A stretch of DNA of 34,612 nt, from positions 1-34,612 of the forward strand of contig VFZQ01000001.1 of NCBI GenBank assembly GCA_016871135.1, given 5' to 3'. Of this stretch, positions 8,220-16,213 are shown one piece after another (position 1 is the first letter of the stretch; every line of letters begins with the position of its first letter). The position numbers and the translations under genes are program-made. The notes under the pieces are model-generated. The model searched no databases and was not told where the DNA came from. It saw nothing but the letters and a program-made list of their open reading frames with translations. The DNA comes from Acidobacteriota bacterium. Lineage in GTDB: Bacteria > Acidobacteriota > Terriglobia > Bryobacterales > Bryobacteraceae.

Positions 8220-9504
8220 CCACCCGCTTCGGCACCGCGCCCACGGGGATCGTCTTCACCACCTCAAAGGTCTTGTTATCGACAACCACCGTCGCATCGT
8301 CTCCCGCAACGGCCACGTAGAGATGCTTGCCATCGGGCGGGATCGTCAGCCAGTCCGGATGCAGTCCGACATGCACGACCTTCACCAACTTGAAGTCCGG
8401 CAGTGAATAGGCCATCACGCTGTCGTACCATTTGCTCGTCGCCCACAGCAGTTTGCCGTCGGGCGTAATCGCCAGTCCGTGCGAGGGCGAACCCTGCAAG
8501 CCCTCGGTCTCCTTATGCACGCCGGGCGGGTCGGGCAGCTCGAAGCGCCGAATCTCTTTCCGCGCCGCGAAGTCCACCAGCGCCAGCCCGTGGTAGTTCG
8601 AAAGCTGCACGATGATCTCCTTGGTCGACCCGTCGCGGTTCGTCGTAAACGCCATCGGCCGTATGCCAGCCGACAGCGTCAGCGTCCAGTCGAGCTTCTC
8701 CGTCGCCGCGTCGATCACCGAGATCGTGCTCGCGGCAATCGATCCCGCCACGACATGTTTCCCGTCCGGCGTCACATAGACGTTGTGGATCTCGCCCTTC
8801 ACCGCCACGGACTTCGCATTGGTCAATGACGCCACGTCGATGATATCCACCGCTCCAGTGCCCTCGCGAATGCCGACATACACACGCTTACCGTCCTTCG
8901 AAATATCGACGTTGTTCGGCTTGCCGCTCAGCGGAATTCGCTTGATCACTTGGAACGATCTCGACTCGACAACATCGAGCGTGACCTGCGCTTCGTTGGT
9001 CACATAGATCCGCGTGCCATCCGGCGAGATGACCAAGCCGTGCGGCACTTCGATTCCGGTGATGCCGCCGACGACAGTGTTCGTCGCCGGGTCGATGACG
9101 TGAATGTCGTCGCCCGCCGAGTTCGACTGCAACACGCGGACGTCGCCGGTCGACTTGTCCGTCGCGCCTCGCGCCCACGCCGCTAGCGTCTTCCATTCCG
9201 GGTCGTCCTTCGAGGCGAAGTGCTTGCCGCCCGGATGAAACTTCGTCCCGCCTTTCAGTGGCGCGGCGAGTAGTTTCTCGGTGAACAGCCGCCAGTTCTG
9301 AAAGTTTTTCCGCGATTGTTCTTCGGTCCAATTCGTGGCGCCGGGCGAGAGTTTTTCGAGCGCTGGGACGCGATGGATGTGACACGCGACGCAGCGCGCG
9401 TGGCCCGGGCGTTTCTTCAGAAACACGGGCTGGACGCGATCGCGAAAGTAGACGTAGTCTTGCGCGCTGACTCCGAGCGCAGCGAAAAAGAGGAGGATGC
9501 GCAT
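8200..9504 (-). CDS. secreted CxxCH (planctomycete-cytochrome-c-like) domain + YVTN beta-propeller repeat protein
   Basis: Signal peptide MRILLFFAALGVSAQ. A heme-binding-type motif CVACH sits in a context resembling the PSCyt domain (F..RVQPVF...C..CH). It is followed by repeated blades (DGTRIYVTNEA, DGKRVYVGIRE, DGKHVVAGSIA, DGKLLWATSKW, DGKHLYVAVAG). Confidence 0.8.
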   Translation of the reverse strand: MRILLFFAALGVSAQDYVYFRDRVQPVFLKKRPGHARCVACHIHRVPALEKLSPGATNWTEEQSRKNFQNWRLFTEKLLAAPLKGGTKFHPGGKHFASKDDPEWKTLAAWARGATDKSTGDVRVLQSNSAGDDIHVIDPATNTVVGGITGIEVPHGLVISPDGTRIYVTNEAQVTLDVVESRSFQVIKRIPLSGKPNNVDISKDGKRVYVGIREGTGAVDIIDVASLTNAKSVAVKGEIHNVYVTPDGKHVVAGSIAASTISVIDAATEKLDWTLTLSAGIRPMAFTTNRDGSTKEIIVQLSNYHGLALVDFAARKEIRRFELPDPPGVHKETEGLQGSPSHGLAITPDGKLLWATSKWYDSVMAYSLPDFKLVKVVHVGLHPDWLTIPPDGKHLYVAVAGDDATVVVDNKTFEVVKTIPVGAVPKRVVSGVLR

Positions 9505-9535
9505 GCGAGGGTATTCTATACCCTTTGCACGTCGG

Positions 9536-11356
9536 CTATCGAACAGCCTGCAACATCCGCAACACCTCGGGATTCCCGGGAACCACTTTCAGAAACTCGC
9601 CAAGTACTATCCGTGCTTCCGCGTTCTTGCCACCCTTTATGAACAGCGAGGCCAAGTTGACATAACCGGCCGCGTCCCTCGGCGCAATTTGAATGGCCTT
9701 GCGAAACTCGGCTTCGCCCTTAGCCGGCGCGCCGGTTTCGACATAGAGAATTCCCAGGTTGTTGCACAGCGCCGCCGAATCGCCCTGCATCTCCCGGACC
9801 CGTTCGAACTCGCCGAGCGCCGCCGCGAGCTCGCCGCCCGCCGCCATCGCCGACGCCCAACTGTATCGATACCCCGCGTGCTCCGGGTCGGCCGCAACCG
9901 CCTGCGCGAAACGCGCCCGCGCGCCGGCAATGTCCTGTGCGCCGAACAACGCCGAGCCCAATCCGTGCAGCGCCATCGCATCGTCCGGCGATGCCGCCAG
10001 CACCTTCTCGAACGCCGCCGCCGCATCGCGATAACGCGCTTGCCGCAAACGCAACAGGCCGAGATTCGCCAGCGTATCCGGATCCGACTGCCCGGTCAGC
10101 AGCGACTCCGCCTTTGCCAAATCGCCGCTTTCGATCAACACGCCCGCGTAGTTAGTCCGCGCCTCGCGCGACGGCGTTCCCAACGCCAGCGCCAGTTCGA
10201 AGTAGCGGGCGCTTTCTTTCGCCAATCCGCCTTCGGCCAACGCCGTTGCCAATTCGACGTAGTTGCGCTTCGGGCGTTCGCCGAGCCAGCGGCCGGCAAA
10301 CGGCAGCGACGCGCGCGCGCCCACGGGCACCGCCGCATCGGCGGCGATCGTCGCGGCCGAGGTCACGCCATGATAGACCTTGACGACGCGCCCGCGCTCG
10401 TCGAGCAGGAAGCTCGTCGGCAGCGCAAGATCGCGCCGGTAATCGAATAGGTGGCGATGAAACAGATTCCACGCGGCCAACTCATCGGCCGTTGGCAATA
10501 CGACGGCGAACGGCGCCTCCGGCCGTTGCGCGCGATCCTCATCGGCCGACACAACGACGACGCGCACGCCGGCCTGTGCAAACCGGCTCGACGACGCTGC
10601 CCACTCCTTCATCTCCTCACGGCAGGGCGGACACCACGACGCCCAGAAATTCACCAGCGTCTTTTGCGGCCGCAACCGCATGCCGCTCAGCACGGGCGCG
10701 GGCACGGGTTCGGTCAGCCATACCGGCGCCGCCTTTTCGTTCGGCTGTTTCACGCGCGGCAATGCGGACGGCGCCACAATCGGAACGAATTCTCGCTCGC
10801 CTTCGTTCAGCCGCACGAATCCACGCGCGGGCACATCCGTCAGCGACTGCGAAGCGCCGCCGGGCCATCGAACCTCCAAGGACACCGGCGTCTCGCCGTT
10901 GTCCAGAGCGAAATGCAAGCGCCGCGAACTCTGCGTGAGATACCCCGAGCCCGCGTCGACATGCCGCAACAACTTGCGCCCGCGCGAAGTCGTCAGCAAC
11001 GCCGACGCGCCGATCGAGTCCGGCATCCGCGCGCCACGCAATTCGACGACGAGCACCGGACCCTCCGGCGCTTGATTGCGCAACACCCGAACCCGCGGCG
11101 CCGTGCGCGACGCCTCGACAATATCGAGCGCGCCGTCGCCATCGATATCGAGCGCTACGAAACCGCGGCCATCGCCAGCCGAATCAAGTCCCGTAACGTA
11201 CGAAGTATCGACAAACGTTCCATCGCCCGCGTTGCGAAAACAAACATCCCGCTCCCGCCCGCTCCACGAACCGCCCGAACGGATGAGCATATTCACCGCG
11301 CGCCACGCCTCGCGATACGGTTGCGAGCCCGCAACTTTCTGTGGAGTGCGCGACAC
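9536..11356 (-). CDS. FG-GAP + UnbV/ASPIC + TlpA-like thioredoxin (CPPC) + TPR protein; probably the C-terminal part of a gene interrupted by an in-frame TGA
   Basis: Contains an FG-GAP repeat (FRNAGDGTFVDTS...ALDIDGDGALDIV), a UnbV/ASPIC-like block (IGASALL...DAGSGYLTQSSRRLHFAL), a redoxin motif (WASWCPPCREEM) and C-terminal TPRs. The nominal start is a GTG with no signal peptide. The ORF is in the same frame as ORF 11378..12958 (see findings). Confidence 0.8.
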   Translation of the reverse strand: MSRTPQKVAGSQPYREAWRAVNMLIRSGGSWSGRERDVCFRNAGDGTFVDTSYVTGLDSAGDGRGFVALDIDGDGALDIVEASRTAPRVRVLRNQAPEGPVLVVELRGARMPDSIGASALLTTSRGRKLLRHVDAGSGYLTQSSRRLHFALDNGETPVSLEVRWPGGASQSLTDVPARGFVRLNEGEREFVPIVAPSALPRVKQPNEKAAPVWLTEPVPAPVLSGMRLRPQKTLVNFWASWCPPCREEMKEWAASSSRFAQAGVRVVVVSADEDRAQRPEAPFAVVLPTADELAAWNLFHRHLFDYRRDLALPTSFLLDERGRVVKVYHGVTSAATIAADAAVPVGARASLPFAGRWLGERPKRNYVELATALAEGGLAKESARYFELALALGTPSREARTNYAGVLIESGDLAKAESLLTGQSDPDTLANLGLLRLRQARYRDAAAAFEKVLAASPDDAMALHGLGSALFGAQDIAGARARFAQAVAADPEHAGYRYSWASAMAAGGELAAALGEFERVREMQGDSAALCNNLGILYVETGAPAKGEAEFRKAIQIAPRDAAGYVNLASLFIKGGKNAEARIVLGEFLKVVPGNPEVLRMLQAVR

Positions 11357-11377
11357 GACCTGCCGCCAGAAGAAGCT

Positions 11378-12958
11378 TCACAAGTCGTGGGTATCCGGCC
11401 CGGTGATGTAGCCGTTTTTCACCAGCAGATCGAGCCGCCCGTCGTTGTCGCAGTCGACGAATCCGCTGCCCCACGCCCAGCGGCCGAACTCCACGCCGGC
11501 CTTTTCCGACACGTCTTCGAACGTACCGTCGCCCTTGTTGCGAAAGAGCGAGTTGCCCTTCGCCTGGCGTTGAAACGCGGCTTGGCGCTCGCGCCCGGCG
11601 GTGAAAGCTGGATTGTAAGTCAGGCGCTGCCCGGCGCTCGACCACATGTTGGAGATGTAGATATCGAGCCAGCCATCGCCATCGTAATCGCCCCACGACA
11701 CCGACATGCCCGCGCCAAGATCCTCAACGCCCGCGCGCGCCGCGACATCTTCGAACGTGCCATCGCCGCGATTGCGATACAGATTGTTGCGGCCGAAATC
11801 GTTGGCGACGTAGAGATCGGGCCAGCCATCGCGATCATAGTCGGCCCACGCCGCCGCGAAGCTGAAGCGGTTGTTGTTGGCGTTCATGCCGCTCGCCGCC
11901 GTGACATCGACAAACGTGCCGTTGCCGCGATTGCGATAGAGCTGATTCGGCGGCCCATTCGTCGCGTCGTAGTAAGGCGTCGGCGCGTCGTAGGTTGCCC
12001 CCGCGGTCCAAAAATCGTAGGCGCAGACGTAGATATCGAGCCAGCCATCGCGGTCGAAATCGGCAACTGCGGCCGAGGTCAGCGTTCCAGCGGCGCGCGC
12101 GAAACCCGCGCTCGCGCGGCGCGAGTAATGACCCTTGCCATCATTAACCATCAGGACGATCTGCGTGCCCGCGACAAGCAAAAGGTCCTGATCGCGGTCG
12201 TTGTCAAAATCGGCGAAGAGGGCCATCGTCGTGGCGTCCAAGACATCGACGCCCGCCGTGGCCGAAACATCGTCGAACGTGCCATCGCCGTTGTTGCGCA
12301 GCAGCCGATTCGGAAGGCCCGAGGGCTGGCAAACGTAAAGGTCCTCCAACCCGTCGCCGTTGTAGTCGCCGACAGAGATGCCGTTATGCCCATAGACATC
12401 GACGCCAGTGGCCTCGTCCAGCACGGCGCGCCAGTCGTCGAGCCCCTTGGCCAACTGTTCGCGGTAGATCGTGTTGTGACCCAACGCCCGTTCGGTTATG
12501 TCGATGAATCCCGGCGCGCGCGCGGACGTTTCTCGAACCGGCCCGAGTTCCAGCTTTCGCGCGGACCAGGTCGAAGCGCGCACAAACTCGGCGCGCGCCG
12601 ACGGAGCGATCAACGTCAACCGCCCGCCGCCGGCCGCTTCGCCGCCGAGTTCGATGCGCAGCCCGAGCGTCGTCGATGTCTCGTCGGCCCGCTCGCGGTT
12701 GCTGGCGACGATCTTCACTTCCCACACGTCGAGTTTGCGAAACCGCTCCAACAAGCCGGCCGGCCACGGCAGAATACGCTTGTCCTTCTGAATCAGCGCA
12801 TTGATCGCTTCGTAGTCCTGCTCGCCGAGCCAGTGATCCTCCCGCGCGTCCGACTTCGTGAGAATACGCTCGACGCCGGCCGCGCGCGGCGGATTTGTCT
12901 TGACGCGGTAATCGGTCTGGGCTTGAAGAACGAAGAGGGTGAGGAAAAGCGCCCGCAC
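11378..12958 (-). CDS. FG-GAP/VCBS-repeat (CRTAC1-family) protein, N-terminal part ending at in-frame TGA
   Basis: It has at least six repeats of the form NNGDGTFxDV....GVxxxDYDGDGxxDLYV. A short hydrophobic N-terminus begins at a GTG 2 nt after the stop of the upstream barrel gene. Confidence 0.85.
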   Translation of the reverse strand: MRALFLTLFVLQAQTDYRVKTNPPRAAGVERILTKSDAREDHWLGEQDYEAINALIQKDKRILPWPAGLLERFRKLDVWEVKIVASNRERADETSTTLGLRIELGGEAAGGGRLTLIAPSARAEFVRASTWSARKLELGPVRETSARAPGFIDITERALGHNTIYREQLAKGLDDWRAVLDEATGVDVYGHNGISVGDYNGDGLEDLYVCQPSGLPNRLLRNNGDGTFDDVSATAGVDVLDATTMALFADFDNDRDQDLLLVAGTQIVLMVNDGKGHYSRRASAGFARAAGTLTSAAVADFDRDGWLDIYVCAYDFWTAGATYDAPTPYYDATNGPPNQLYRNRGNGTFVDVTAASGMNANNNRFSFAAAWADYDRDGWPDLYVANDFGRNNLYRNRGDGTFEDVAARAGVEDLGAGMSVSWGDYDGDGWLDIYISNMWSSAGQRLTYNPAFTAGRERQAAFQRQAKGNSLFRNKGDGTFEDVSEKAGVEFGRWAWGSGFVDCDNDGRLDLLVKNGYITGPDTHDL

Positions 12959-12960
12959 CG

Positions 12961-15900
12961 CTAAAATTCGAAGCGCATGCTTAACTGGATCTGCCGTCCA
13001 GTGCCGCGCGTGGAAGTAATGCGCCCGAAATCGCCGCGCCCGCGAACCGCGTTCGGCACGTTGAAATTAGGCCGGTTCGGCAGGTTGTAAATGTCGGTCC
13101 GGAATTGCAGGTTGGACTGCTCCTTGATCACCCATCGCTTGTTGAGCGAGAGATCGACGTTAACCTGCCCCGGCCCGAAACCGAGGGCGCGCGCGGCGTT
13201 GCCGAAGTTGCCAACACCCGGCGCCGCGAAGCAAGTTGTGTTGAACCACTGATTCAAATAATCGGCTCGCGAACGGCCGCCGTTAATGTTCGGATCGCAC
13301 GTGAGGTTGGGCCGCGGACTGCCCGCGAACGTGTTCGTTAGATTTGTCTGTTCGATCGCGCCCCACGGCGCGCCCGCGAAGAACTCCGCGATGGTGCCGA
13401 TCGACCAGCCGCCGGCGACCGCATTCAACACCGGATTGGCGATATCGACACGGCGCCCTTTGCCAACGGGCAATTCATACACGCTGGAGCCAATGAACCG
13501 GTGACGGACATCGTTGCCCGAGTACGACCGGTCCAGCCCCCGCAGTTCCGGATGCGTGTAACCGTTGCCTTCGCCGCCGGCGAATTCGTTGCCGCCCTCG
13601 ATGTTATCGAGGAACTTTGACCACGTGTAATTCGCCAGCAAGTTGAAGCCGTTCGAATAGCGGCGTTCCACCTTCATGTTTAGCGCGTGATACGTCGAGC
13701 TGCCCCAGTTCGGCGTCAACCGGTTGACGTTATTAAACTGCGGAAAGAGACGCGCCGTCTGTGTCTGCGCCGCCGGGCCGCGGCCATTAACGAGCGGAAT
13801 AACATTCACGTTGACCGCCGCGCCGCCGAGCTTACGGCCCAGGTTGCCGAGATACGCGGCTTCGAACAACATGTTGCCGCCCAGTTCGCGCTGTACCGTC
13901 AAGTTGTATTGCTGCGAGTATCCGTTGGCGTGATTCTGAGCGATGAAATCCGGCGCGGAGCGCGGCGCCTGGCCCACGCGGACCGCGCCCCATGACGGCC
14001 CGATCGGTTCGCGCGTGCCCGTCGGCAGGCCGTTGCGGAACGGGAACGCGGGCGTAAGCCCGCCATCGGGCGACGAGAACGAGAAATTCGATCCGAATCC
14101 TTGCGACAGAGTATTGACCACCGCGCCGAAGTAGATGCCCAGGAAGTTGATCCCGTATCCGCCGCGTACAACCGTGCGCGCCGACGGCTTCCAGGCAAAC
14201 CCAAATCTCGGCGCGAGATTATTGTTATCGAACGGGTGTGCATACTTGTTCAGCCCGTCGCGGCCGGAGAAAGTAACCACGCCCGGCGTCCCCGAAACCG
14301 GGTTGATCGCCGTGCCGTTGAAGCCGCTCTGGCGATTCTCGAGCCGCTCCCACCGCGGCGTGTCGACCTCCCACCGCAGCCCCAAGTTAAAAGTCAGGTT
14401 TCTGCTGACCTTCCAATCGTCTTGCAAGTAGAAGCCGTAGTAATCGGTTCGCGCTTCGAGCAGGTCGGGCCTGTTCTGCCCGGCCGATGAAGTCCAGCCG
14501 AGCAGGAACGCCGCCATCCCGCTCCGTGTCGCGCGATCGTTAAAACTGAACGTGCCTGCGCCGGTTTGCGATAACTCGTCCTTGTTCAGCGAGTAACGCA
14601 TTTCGAAGCCGGTCTTCAGTGTGTGCTTGCCTTTGATGATCGTCAGGTTATCGACTAAGTGGTGCGTGAGGATCGGCGTCTGAATGCGCTCGTTCGGCGT
14701 CGTGCTCAAACCGGATTGGCCCGTCACGCCAATAACCGGGAAACCGGTGTCGTCGACGCCGCGCAGCCCGATCTTCCCGTTGAACCCTGAGCCCGTGCCC
14801 GCCGCGCGATTGATGTGCTTACGGATCGAGTACGCGTAGCGCGCTTCATTTAAGACAGTCGGCGTGAAGTTATGCATCCACGATCCCAGCGCGGCGTGGA
14901 TCTTGTTCTCGCGAATGCCGGCGCGCGTATCGGCGATGCGTTCCGGGTATGCGCTGGCGACGTCCTGCGGGGCGCGAATCACGTTGTACCGGCCGAAGAT
15001 ACGATCGTTGTTCCCGAGAGCGTGATCGACGCGCGTTGTCAGCGAATCCTGCGTCAGCTTGTCGGACAAATTGACGGTGTAGTTCGCGCCAGGCGCTCGC
15101 GTGATATCCGAGGCGATATTCGCGTTCGGATACAGCGCGGCAAGTTGGCGCGCGATCGGATCGATTCGGCTCGCGGGAATCATATTGCCGGGGAATGGCT
15201 GCGTACTCACCGGATCGAGGACAGCAACGTCGCGGCGGTTCGAGAAATTGCCCTCGCGCTCCGGCGCGTGCGGCACGATCAGCCCGGAAACCGTCACGCC
15301 ATCCCGCCGGCGCGCGCCTTCGTAGTTCGCGAAGAAAAACGTGCGGTCCTTCTTAATCGGGCCGCCAAACGACCCGCCGAAAATGTTGTAGCGTAGCGGC
15401 GCCTTGCGTTGCGCAAAAAACGTCCGCGTATCGAGCACCTGATTCCGCAGAAACTCATACGCCGAACCATGGTAGTTATTGGTTCCCGAGCGCGTGGTCA
15501 TCAAAATCAGTCCGCCGCCCGCGCGGCCGAACTCGGCGGAGAAGTTGCTCATCTCGGCCTTGAACTCCTGCAGCGATTCCGCGGGCGGGTTCAACTGCAA
15601 CTGCGCCACGCCGAGCGACATGTTCTGCACCACCGCGCCGTCCAATTGCCACATCTGATTCTGGCTGCGTCCGCCCGCCATGGAGAACATCGGCACCTGC
15701 TCGCCCCCGGTCTCATTCGTAAACGTCACGGCGCCAAGCAAACGCACCAGGCCCGCGGTCCGCCGGCTTTCCAGCGGCATATTCAACACGCTGGTCCGTT
15801 CGATCAACTGTCCGACCGACGACGTTTCCGATTCCAGCAGCGCCGCCTGCGCCTTCACCTCGACCGTCTCGGAAACCGCGCCGATGCTCAATCGCAAATC

Positions 15901-16197
15901 GACGGTCCGCGTAATGCCGGTTTCCAATACGACTCCGCTCTGCACGGCTTTCTTGAATCCAGGCTTCTCGACGGACACCTCATACGAGCCGGGAATCAGC
16001 GCGGGAAAGATATAGTTGCCCGCCTCGGTCGTCGCCGCTTCGGTACCGACGCCAGTCTGCACGTTACGTGCGGTGACCTTGCCGCCCGCGACAACCGCGC
16101 CGCTATCGTCGGTGACCGTCCCAGCGAGTCTCGACTGCGTTTGCGCCACGAGCGCCACCGTTATAAACGGCAGCGCGTACCAAACCCTGAAATGCAT
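12961..16197 (-). CDS. TonB-dependent-receptor-like outer-membrane barrel with N-terminal carboxypeptidase-regulatory-like domain
   Basis: Signal peptide (ALPFITVALVAQTQ). CarboxypepD_reg block GTVTDDSGAVVAGGKVTARN...GNYIFPALIPGSYEVSVEKPGFKK. Plug-like segment (SVGQLIE..V.NMPL..R). A ~900-aa beta-rich region ends in the aromatic C-terminus LSMRFEF. Confidence 0.85.
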   Translation of the reverse strand: MHFRVWYALPFITVALVAQTQSRLAGTVTDDSGAVVAGGKVTARNVQTGVGTEAATTEAGNYIFPALIPGSYEVSVEKPGFKKAVQSGVVLETGITRTVDLRLSIGAVSETVEVKAQAALLESETSSVGQLIERTSVLNMPLESRRTAGLVRLLGAVTFTNETGGEQVPMFSMAGGRSQNQMWQLDGAVVQNMSLGVAQLQLNPPAESLQEFKAEMSNFSAEFGRAGGGLILMTTRSGTNNYHGSAYEFLRNQVLDTRTFFAQRKAPLRYNIFGGSFGGPIKKDRTFFFANYEGARRRDGVTVSGLIVPHAPEREGNFSNRRDVAVLDPVSTQPFPGNMIPASRIDPIARQLAALYPNANIASDITRAPGANYTVNLSDKLTQDSLTTRVDHALGNNDRIFGRYNVIRAPQDVASAYPERIADTRAGIRENKIHAALGSWMHNFTPTVLNEARYAYSIRKHINRAAGTGSGFNGKIGLRGVDDTGFPVIGVTGQSGLSTTPNERIQTPILTHHLVDNLTIIKGKHTLKTGFEMRYSLNKDELSQTGAGTFSFNDRATRSGMAAFLLGWTSSAGQNRPDLLEARTDYYGFYLQDDWKVSRNLTFNLGLRWEVDTPRWERLENRQSGFNGTAINPVSGTPGVVTFSGRDGLNKYAHPFDNNNLAPRFGFAWKPSARTVVRGGYGINFLGIYFGAVVNTLSQGFGSNFSFSSPDGGLTPAFPFRNGLPTGTREPIGPSWGAVRVGQAPRSAPDFIAQNHANGYSQQYNLTVQRELGGNMLFEAAYLGNLGRKLGGAAVNVNVIPLVNGRGPAAQTQTARLFPQFNNVNRLTPNWGSSTYHALNMKVERRYSNGFNLLANYTWSKFLDNIEGGNEFAGGEGNGYTHPELRGLDRSYSGNDVRHRFIGSSVYELPVGKGRRVDIANPVLNAVAGGWSIGTIAEFFAGAPWGAIEQTNLTNTFAGSPRPNLTCDPNINGGRSRADYLNQWFNTTCFAAPGVGNFGNAARALGFGPGQVNVDLSLNKRWVIKEQSNLQFRTDIYNLPNRPNFNVPNAVRGRGDFGRITSTRGTGRQIQLSMRFEF

Positions 16198-16213
16198 AGC
16201 GCGAGTATATCAA

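Noticed and set aside
11378-11380. The in-frame TGA as a selenocysteine codon.
   Set aside because: The position appears to correspond to a Ser in a non-redox linker, not a Cys. The only nearby hairpin (GTTGCG-GGCT-CGCAAC, about 11325-11340 on the plus-strand coordinates) starts ~42 nt after the UGA, farther than bacterial SECIS elements normally sit. The following base is A, which is not a readthrough-prone context. This remains only a low-probability alternative in the finding.
10451-12964. An 837-aa ORF on the plus strand, plus similar long ORFs at 9497..10450 (+), 15409..16632 (+), 17517..18407 (+), 28249..29064 (-), 30161..31102 (-), 31469..32449 (-) and 33102..34304 (+).
   Set aside because: All are antisense to ORFs with clear domain signatures. 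They are Arg/Ala/Pro/Gly-rich and low-complexity with no recognisable motif. This is the expected stop-codon-poor antisense frame of GC-rich coding DNA.
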